Below are positions 53,845 through 59,649 of a DNA stretch of 59,649 nucleotides, in pieces. A program made the position numbers and the translations under genes. This DNA is from a virus. Lineage: Duplodnaviria > Caudoviricetes. Numbering within the stretch: position 1 is the stretch's first letter; every line of letters starts with the position of its first letter. The DNA is taken from positions 1 through 59,649 of IMG/VR virus record IMGVR_UViG_3300008262_000102; one strand, given 5' to 3'. The notes under the pieces were generated by a model that was not told the DNA's origin, searched no databases, and saw nothing but the letters and a program-made list of their open reading frames with translations.

Positions 53845-54062
53845 CTGGTTTTCCATTTTAGTTGGAACAGAATAGCATCTTTTGGATCGTCGAATCTGTA
53901 TTCGGTAACAAAATCGTTTATGAGAGAAACATCTGAAACATCTTGTACATGATAGTCAACGAAACTAGAACACTGTCTACTGGCCCATGCTGCTGCTTCG
54001 GCAAAATATTCTTCAGCCTGTTCGTAGGGAATACCGGTATCGTTGAGATAGACTACTTTCAT
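53841..54062 (-). CDS. small paralog-family protein (C-terminal F-x-D-x2-DA-x2-F-x-LKW)
   Basis: YRFDDPKDAILFQLKW. Confidence 0.65.
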   Translation of the reverse strand: MKVVYLNDTGIPYEQAEEYFAEAAAWASRQCSSFVDYHVQDVSDVSLINDFVTEYRFDDPKDAILFQLKWKTS

Positions 54063-55087
54063 TTTAAATCGGTCCAAGAAAAATCGTAAATTTTGGATTG
54101 TAGCACATTTCCAAAATTGTCCTCCAAACCAATTTCGTATAGATCGTCCATTTGTTTAAGTTTCTTTATTATTTCTGTTTTATCTTCATTTAATTCTAAT
54201 TCCGCAACTCTAGGAAATCCCAGAGCCAAGCGAGGGTCATCTTTATCAAAATCATTTTGAGTTAACCAATCGAAGAATTCTGGGGGTTGATAGATTTTCT
54301 GATCGTTCAGAATTGGAAAAGAAACTACAAATTCTCCGGTAAGATATCGGTAACCACTTATGTTTTCTCTATCTATATATTCGTCTCGATCTCTAAAGGC
54401 TTCGATATGACGTTTACCTAATTGTGCATAATAGATGGTGATATCCCCCCATTGTGTATATTCACTAAAAGAGTTTAATTCATTTATCGATAATTCCTGC
54501 ACTTGTTTACCGGAGATATGATTTCCTTGAAAATTTCTACCCATTAAGCTGCCAAATATGTATTGATTTGTGTATTCAGGAAAACGTTGATTTATCTTTA
54601 TAGACTCTACTGCGCTTTCAATTTCGTGACAGAGATTATTAATTAATCGAATATGCTGTTTAGTGTGGTCGTCAGCGACATTCCACCATTTACTGGGATT
54701 CCAACTTTGCCCTATTAAGATTTCAAAATGATGATGTATGTCATTCATTAGATCTCTATAACTATCTGTTTGTAATTTTTCTTTAGAAAAAATCAAATCA
54801 ATTTTTTCATACCCTAAGGGAATCATTCCTTGATTGATCTGTTGTATAGAACAATTTATTTCATCGCAGAGAAAGTCTAAATTTCTTGGATTCGAACTAT
54901 CCCAAGATGTTATCCAACCTTTGAGACAATTGTCTTTTTCTATAGGATGATCTATTTTAAAAAAATTATAAGAAAATAATGTTAACCAAGTTTTAGCCAG
55001 AGCATTATCTAATACTTTAAAATTTAATCTATAAGGAGAAACTTTGTTTTGAGAGTTTCTTAGAACTAAAAATATTTTCACGCCCAC
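54059..55087 (-). CDS. hypothetical protein (AT-rich gene interrupting the paralog array)
   Basis: 342-aa ORF, NDIHHHFE...NNLCHEIE. Confidence 0.65.
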   Translation of the reverse strand: MGVKIFLVLRNSQNKVSPYRLNFKVLDNALAKTWLTLFSYNFFKIDHPIEKDNCLKGWITSWDSSNPRNLDFLCDEINCSIQQINQGMIPLGYEKIDLIFSKEKLQTDSYRDLMNDIHHHFEILIGQSWNPSKWWNVADDHTKQHIRLINNLCHEIESAVESIKINQRFPEYTNQYIFGSLMGRNFQGNHISGKQVQELSINELNSFSEYTQWGDITIYYAQLGKRHIEAFRDRDEYIDRENISGYRYLTGEFVVSFPILNDQKIYQPPEFFDWLTQNDFDKDDPRLALGFPRVAELELNEDKTEIIKKLKQMDDLYEIGLEDNFGNVLQSKIYDFSWTDLK

Positions 55088-55335
55088 CTCATGGCAAACA
55101 TAGCGGCATCTTGCTCATTTTGGAAATACCATGCTCGCCCGTTTGGATCACTGAGATCTCGAAACTTGTCTTGACAATTTTCCAAACACCAAGTTAGTTT
55201 CTGTGAAAAATCATCATCCCGTAGAGTGATCGAATGATACGATTCTAATAACTGCATCAATCTTTCATCAACCTTGAGATGCTCTTCTGCTTTCTGAGCC
55301 CGCAGAATTGTCACTGTGGGATTCGGATCTATCAC
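55078..55335 (-). CDS. small paralog-family protein
   Basis: WCLENC...WYFQNEQDAAMFAMRW. Confidence 0.65.
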   Translation of the reverse strand: MIDPNPTVTILRAQKAEEHLKVDERLMQLLESYHSITLRDDDFSQKLTWCLENCQDKFRDLSDPNGRAWYFQNEQDAAMFAMRWA

Positions 55336-55697
55336 TTTCCGTGCCTCAACAGATATTCTGTAAGTCTAGCACCTGACAGTTTGGCTCGAATCTCAAATCG
55401 GTATCCATATTGCAGTTGATCCGGAATTCTATACCAGCTGGGAGTTTCCACTGAGTGAGACATGACCCATTTTCCTTCTTCACTTTGTTGCCAGTTCCAA
55501 AGTGGTTCTGCAGCATACAGATCTGGATCTTCTACGTCGCCCATGGTAAACGAATGGACAACGACTTCTCGCACTTCCTCTACTCGATCGTTGATTATCA
55601 TATACCTGTATGTATCTTTTCTAGGTCCACGACCTAGATAACCTTGAGCAGGTTCAAATTGGTACCCTTTGGTTTTTATTACGGCCATTATGCCCAC
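55332..55697 (-). CDS. hypothetical protein (divergent paralog-family member)
   Basis: DVEDPDLYAAEP...LTEYLLRH. Confidence 0.6.
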   Translation of the reverse strand: MGIMAVIKTKGYQFEPAQGYLGRGPRKDTYRYMIINDRVEEVREVVVHSFTMGDVEDPDLYAAEPLWNWQQSEEGKWVMSHSVETPSWYRIPDQLQYGYRFEIRAKLSGARLTEYLLRHGK

Positions 55698-55945
55698 TTT
55701 AATATAAACATCAGCATATCTTGTTCTTCAACAAAATGAAATATGTATTTGGTATGATCGTTTCTACCTGCCCAGAACATTGTCCAAGCACCGTCGGTGT
55801 TGCCTACAGCTTCCCATCGTTTTCCAAACTGCGTTAGACACCAAGCGCCAGCGTCTCTATGTTTCTTAGCATCAATTAGAACATTGTGTTCTAGTTTTCT
55901 AAATGCTCTAAGGCCCCTGCGTCTTTGTGATGAGTTCATTTCCAT
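55688..55945 (-). CDS. small paralog-family protein
   Basis: WCLTQFG...FHFVEEQDMLMFILKW. Confidence 0.65.
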   Translation of the reverse strand: MEMNSSQRRRGLRAFRKLEHNVLIDAKKHRDAGAWCLTQFGKRWEAVGNTDGAWTMFWAGRNDHTKYIFHFVEEQDMLMFILKWA

Positions 55946-56199
55946 CTCAGGGTAAAATTCACAGCATCTACTTCAGATTCAAAGATAAAATCTGCACCTC
56001 TTCTTTCAAAGGGATTTTTACAATTTGCTGCCAACCAATGCGTGATATCCACCGCATGATTGTTGTCTGTGAATCTATCCAACATGACTCTGCGCCAACC
56101 CAACGATTTGAGCATTCCCCACATGACTTCTCGATCTATTTCACTCTGCATCTTTGTGCCGAGTTCATCTAAGATTTCTTTTTCTAGATCTCTTTTCAT
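55936..56199 (-). CDS. small paralog-family protein
   Basis: WLAANC...FIFESEVDAVNFTLRW. Confidence 0.65.
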   Translation of the reverse strand: MKRDLEKEILDELGTKMQSEIDREVMWGMLKSLGWRRVMLDRFTDNNHAVDITHWLAANCKNPFERRGADFIFESEVDAVNFTLRWK

Positions 56200-56202
56200 A
56201 CG

Positions 56203-56790
56203 TTAGCGCCACTTCATTACAAACATCAACCGATCTCGATCATCACGGAACCAGAACTTGCGATTGTTCATATACCAACGCTGTGCAGGACTAGGAGCCT
56301 TTTCTTCGGCCCAGATACTGGTACCTGCGATCTCACCAAATGTTTCGTGACACCAGTGTTCCATTTCTCGCCAACTTCCGCCCACTGGTTCCACGCAATA
56401 ATATTTCGAACCATACACTGTACCTTCACTGAGCTTAAGGTCTTCAACTGCACGGTTATGTATATCATCCCATAACCGCATGAAGGCCTGATTAGTCAGA
56501 TGACTCTTTCCAATTCCGCGGCCTGCCATGGTCAATATCAGCTGACTGGGTTTGACGCCTTGAATTTTATTCAGTACATTCATTTGCCAATCCGGTATCA
56601 TACGAAAGTACAAGGCGTGATAATGTTCTTCACGCCATAGGTCTTTGCAGTTGTTAATGCACCATGTGGCCATTTCTTCGATTTGATTACGTGTGATATT
56701 ATCAAAGTTCACACGATACGGGTAAACTGTTCTAACTCGTGTTGCTAGAATCTCATTGAGAGATCCAATTTTAATCTTGTCCGTTGCCAT
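56203..56790 (-). CDS. paralog-family protein, apparent fusion of two members
   Basis: Two WC..(N/T) motifs; C-terminal FWFRDDRDRLMFVMKW. Confidence 0.6.
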   Translation of the reverse strand: MATDKIKIGSLNEILATRVRTVYPYRVNFDNITRNQIEEMATWCINNCKDLWREEHYHALYFRMIPDWQMNVLNKIQGVKPSQLILTMAGRGIGKSHLTNQAFMRLWDDIHNRAVEDLKLSEGTVYGSKYYCVEPVGGSWREMEHWCHETFGEIAGTSIWAEEKAPSPAQRWYMNNRKFWFRDDRDRLMFVMKWR

Positions 56791-57091
56791 ATCTTAGAAG
56801 AAACATTGTGCGTTTCTGATCATCGTAGAAATCCAGTCGAACTGTATGCACATTCATCTTACCCTCAAACCAACCAGCAGGTTCCATATTATACCATTCA
56901 CCGTTGTCTGGCCGTTTCACATAGTCTGGGTCTTTGATATACTCTCTGTGATCACGCACAGTAAAGCCCAGAACTTCTTTCATTTTTGATCTAGAAAGAT
57001 AGACACTGGGCTTTTCCCGTTGTTTAATACGGTCAAGTACTGTGTCCCATTGACTAGGAGTCATAACTACAGGTTTACTCATCATAACCAC
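56771..57091 (-). CDS. small paralog-family protein
   Basis: LDFYDDQKRTMFLLRY. Confidence 0.65.
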   Translation of the reverse strand: MVMMSKPVVMTPSQWDTVLDRIKQREKPSVYLSRSKMKEVLGFTVRDHREYIKDPDYVKRPDNGEWYNMEPAGWFEGKMNVHTVRLDFYDDQKRTMFLLRYGNGQD

Positions 57092-57381
57092 TTTAATTGA
57101 AATAATGTTGCTTCTGTATCATCGCTGATGTAGACAGTCCACATAGGATCACCACTGTTAAACCGATGCGTGATATCTGTTGTAGGACACATTCTACTCA
57201 TCCACTCTTGAAATTCTTGATCATCGCTAGGATATACCCAACAGTACCAACCGCGAGGTACGAACGATTCTCCAAATTGATTACCTGGATTGATAGGTTT
57301 TGTACCATCATCGAATCTCCAATGATGTACTGATGTTTTGCGCATTTTTACCCATCCGCCTTTTACTGCTACTAATGTCAT
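57082..57381 (-). CDS. small paralog-family protein
   Basis: WMSRMC...VYISDDTEATLFQLKW. Confidence 0.65.
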   Translation of the reverse strand: MTLVAVKGGWVKMRKTSVHHWRFDDGTKPINPGNQFGESFVPRGWYCWVYPSDDQEFQEWMSRMCPTTDITHRFNSGDPMWTVYISDDTEATLFQLKWL

Positions 57382-57704
57382 TTCCAGGTACGATGATCTT
57401 CAGCCACCCATTCTACTCCGTCGTACTCGCCGATGTGCCAAGATACATCGCCGGGGATCTCCACTATCTTGAGCTTGGCATGACCGCCACTGGCAGCGGA
57501 GCCAAGTTCTTTGACTACCTTGACCAGATAGGGATCGTCTCTGGCCACATCACGATCATACCAACCAGGATCTGTGATACCTGCGAGTTTTTTGTATTCA
57601 TCACGAGCAAGATCACTGAGACCGAAACCGCCGTAGCAGTCGTTGATTACAATATATCGAACACCAGTCTTTAGATCATCTAAAAACTTTTGTGCATCGG
57701 TCAT
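57378..57704 (-). CDS. hypothetical phage protein
   Basis: VINDCYGGFGLS...RDDPYLV...YDGVEWV. Confidence 0.7.
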   Translation of the reverse strand: MTDAQKFLDDLKTGVRYIVINDCYGGFGLSDLARDEYKKLAGITDPGWYDRDVARDDPYLVKVVKELGSAASGGHAKLKIVEIPGDVSWHIGEYDGVEWVAEDHRTWK

Positions 57705-58270
57705 TTTTTACCTTTCTTTTTCTTACGTTTTTCTGTTGGTAGTGGAAAAGGAATATCGTTCAACATGCGATGTTGATCAATTGCCTCCTGTAGAGCAATC
57801 TCTACAAGCTCGTTGAAAGTGATATCACGGTCGTGTGCAATCTTCATATACTCTAACAGTTCTGCATCTTCGAAGTTTACTTCGATCTGTACACGAGTGT
57901 CATAGTCTTCACCATCACGAATAGCCAGTCCTTTTTGGATAAAGTCATCATCGACATCAAGGTCGATGTAATTGACGTCATCCCAGGCTTGGTCAAGATT
58001 AACATCACGTTGTCCCGCTTCTTGATCGTGAATTGATTTAAATTCAGGATTGATTAGTCGATAGGCACGATTACGAACATAGTCGTGTGCCTGTACTTCG
58101 TAGACTGTTTGATTCTTAGTGTCAAAGATAACTGTGAAACTATGACCATCCTGATCACCGTTCCAGGAGTCTAACATATGAGCGTCATGTCCGTAGCAAT
58201 TCCAACCGTAGCTGCTGCCTTCGGTGATACGGTAATCTACAAGTTCCATCCATTCTTTAAGAGAAATCAT
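57701..58270 (-). CDS. hypothetical protein (possible C-terminal ribbon-helix-helix)
   Basis: 189 aa; ...AHDRDITFNELVEIALQEAI. Confidence 0.65.
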   Translation of the reverse strand: MISLKEWMELVDYRITEGSSYGWNCYGHDAHMLDSWNGDQDGHSFTVIFDTKNQTVYEVQAHDYVRNRAYRLINPEFKSIHDQEAGQRDVNLDQAWDDVNYIDLDVDDDFIQKGLAIRDGEDYDTRVQIEVNFEDAELLEYMKIAHDRDITFNELVEIALQEAIDQHRMLNDIPFPLPTEKRKKKKGKK

Positions 58271-58294
58271 GATAATCCTTTCATTTGATGAGTT

Positions 58295-58323
58295 ATTATA
58301 ACACTAATTTTTCAGTTTGTCAA
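58295..58323 (-). promoter_or_regulatory. sigma70-type promoter TTGACA-17-TATAAT
   Basis: Perfect consensus. Confidence 0.8.
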
Positions 58324-58546
58324 TGTCTTTCTGTGGTTCAAACTTAGGTTCGTTAATAGTGTCTTCTGCGACAGTGAAACGCATTTTTGGATAGAGGCTT
58401 TCGTTTCTAAAAAACACCACGGTTACTGGTTTCCAATATTTGTGCAAGAGATTGTTAACCAGAACACACATAAACACCAATACCAATACACCTAGTGCAA
58501 ATAAAATACTGCCTATCAACCAATTTGCCATTTGTTCTGCTATCAT
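58304..58546 (-). CDS. single-pass membrane protein
   Basis: Hydrophobic N-terminal helix. Confidence 0.6.
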   Translation of the reverse strand: MIAEQMANWLIGSILFALGVLVLVFMCVLVNNLLHKYWKPVTVVFFRNESLYPKMRFTVAEDTINEPKFEPQKDIDKLKN

Positions 58547-58800
58547 TCTTCATCCTCGTGCAGTTGATTCTTAAAAAACTCAAGTTGCATAATCAAATCC
58601 TGTATACCTTCACGGTTCATGGTAAGTGTAGTATTCCCCATTTGAAATGCCATACGATTATCATCAGTTAATCCAAATGTATAATATACCTTAGATTTGG
58701 TTTCTTGCTTAGGAGGTTCGATATAGGGAACTGCTTCGGGCCGTGGAAAGGGTAGTACATTTTTGTACTCGGGCTTTTTAAACCAATCAAACATCTTCAT
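58543..58800 (-). CDS. hypothetical protein
   Basis: 85-aa ORF. Confidence 0.6.
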   Translation of the reverse strand: MKMFDWFKKPEYKNVLPFPRPEAVPYIEPPKQETKSKVYYTFGLTDDNRMAFQMGNTTLTMNREGIQDLIMQLEFFKNQLHEDEE

Positions 58801-58963
58801 CCTCTTTGTTTTCAGTTTCTAAAACAGGAAAGTACATCTTCTCGCCATCCCAACGCTGGCCGCACCAACACTCGCCAAGATCGTTTATGATACAACTACC
58901 TGTGCCGCAACAACGTTCATCTTCCATATATTCTCCTGCTGTTGTAAATTTTAAATCGTTCAT
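58787..58963 (-). CDS. small Cys-rich hypothetical protein (58 aa)
   Basis: MNDLKFTTAGEYMEDERCCGTGSCIINDLGECWCGQRWDG...; fills the gap between neighbours. Confidence 0.55.
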   Translation of the reverse strand: MNDLKFTTAGEYMEDERCCGTGSCIINDLGECWCGQRWDGEKMYFPVLETENKEDEDV

Positions 58964-58971
58964 ATATAATG

Positions 58972-59346
58972 TCAGCGAGATAACAGTTGATCAGCTTTAG
59001 CTATACTTGCAAGACGTTGTTCCTCAGTAAGTTCATCGCAACGACTTGAGTAGTCGGGCATACGCAGATAATTGGCACCTCTGGGATTACCAGTATTCAA
59101 ACTACGAAATGTATACCAAGTCACAAACACCATGGTCACAATGGCCACATGACCTAACATGTTATAGCCAATTGTCAACAGTTCTCCGATATACAGGCCA
59201 AATGCCAAACACCAAAAACAACTCAACATAATCATGGCCAGGTACTTGGTAGGATTAGGCACATTGGCCAAAGCGTTCCGATCTACATTTAGTAACGCAG
59301 GAAATGCTTTGAATACAATATAGATAAATTTTAGTACACTGAACAT
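58972..59346 (-). CDS. membrane protein
   Basis: Two hydrophobic segments; SD AAGGA. Confidence 0.6.
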   Translation of the reverse strand: MFSVLKFIYIVFKAFPALLNVDRNALANVPNPTKYLAMIMLSCFWCLAFGLYIGELLTIGYNMLGHVAIVTMVFVTWYTFRSLNTGNPRGANYLRMPDYSSRCDELTEEQRLASIAKADQLLSR

Positions 59347-59360
59347 GACTATCCTTTAGA

Positions 59361-59649
59361 TTACTTGTTCATCATTAGGGCGTTGAAGTTGCTAGGAACA
59401 ACAATAGTCTGCACTTGACCGTTCTTGATACCTTCTGAGATATTCAACATGGCTTGTGCTTGCATGAACTGAATACTTGCTCCGCTGTTGTTAGCCAATG
59501 CCGCCATACGACGGCTTTCAGCTTCAGCAGTCTTGACTTCAACTTCTTTCTGCTTGAGTTCATTCTTTGAGCGAACCAATGCGTTAGCACTTTCAACTAC
59601 AGAGTCTGCTGGCACAACATTACGAATCAGTACTTGGCTAATCATAATA
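59361..59649 (-). CDS. SPFH/band-7/prohibitin family protein, C-terminal part (5' truncated by the window)
   Basis: VLIRNVVP...coiled coil AEAESRR...TIVVP. Confidence 0.7.
   Translation of the reverse strand, partial: IMISQVLIRNVVPADSVVESANALVRSKNELKQKEVEVKTAEAESRRMAALANNSGASIQFMQAQAMLNISEGIKNGQVQTIVVPSNFNALMMNK

Noticed and set aside
56500-56530. AGRGIGKS as a P-loop NTPase
   Set aside because: Isolated Walker A-like string with no Walker B or room for an NTPase fold
1-59649. Stop-codon recoding or suppressor tRNA
   Set aside because: Genes are intact and densely packed under the standard code, all three stops are used, and no CUA/UCA/UUA anticodon tRNA was found

Overview
A 59.6-kb segment of a large tailed dsDNA phage (T4-like/jumbo myovirus type). 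It uses the standard genetic code and is mostly encoded on the minus strand, with many near-consensus sigma70 promoters (TTGACA-17-TATAAT) and TAAATA late-type motifs. 1-15 kb: UvsE endonuclease, glycosyltransferase, KdsA, QueD, two paralogous virion fibre proteins, flavin halogenase, ThyX, histone-like protein, fatty-acid desaturase and a stand-alone tRNA-like RNA with no anticodon. 15-37 kb: an enzyme island around a tail-fibre gene (radical SAM enzymes including B12-dependent ones, 2OG-Fe(II) oxygenases, methyltransferases, QueC-like PP-loop proteins, cupins). 37-50 kb: IF-1, RNAP omega, phosphatases and an RNA island with 34 CCA-ending tRNAs covering all 20 amino acids, a probable ~700-nt GOLLD RNA with an embedded tRNA-Lys, and about ten stem-closed candidate small RNAs. 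50-59.6 kb: ClpP and an array of small paralogous proteins. The most notable find is at the head of the main tRNA operon (50100-50394): a sigma70 promoter, a 48-codon leader ORF using all 20 amino acids and 38 different codons, and mutually exclusive antiterminator/terminator hairpins. This looks like a translation-coupled attenuator that would switch on the phage tRNA set when any host tRNA becomes limiting. All calls come from reading the sequence; no database searches or folding programs were run.
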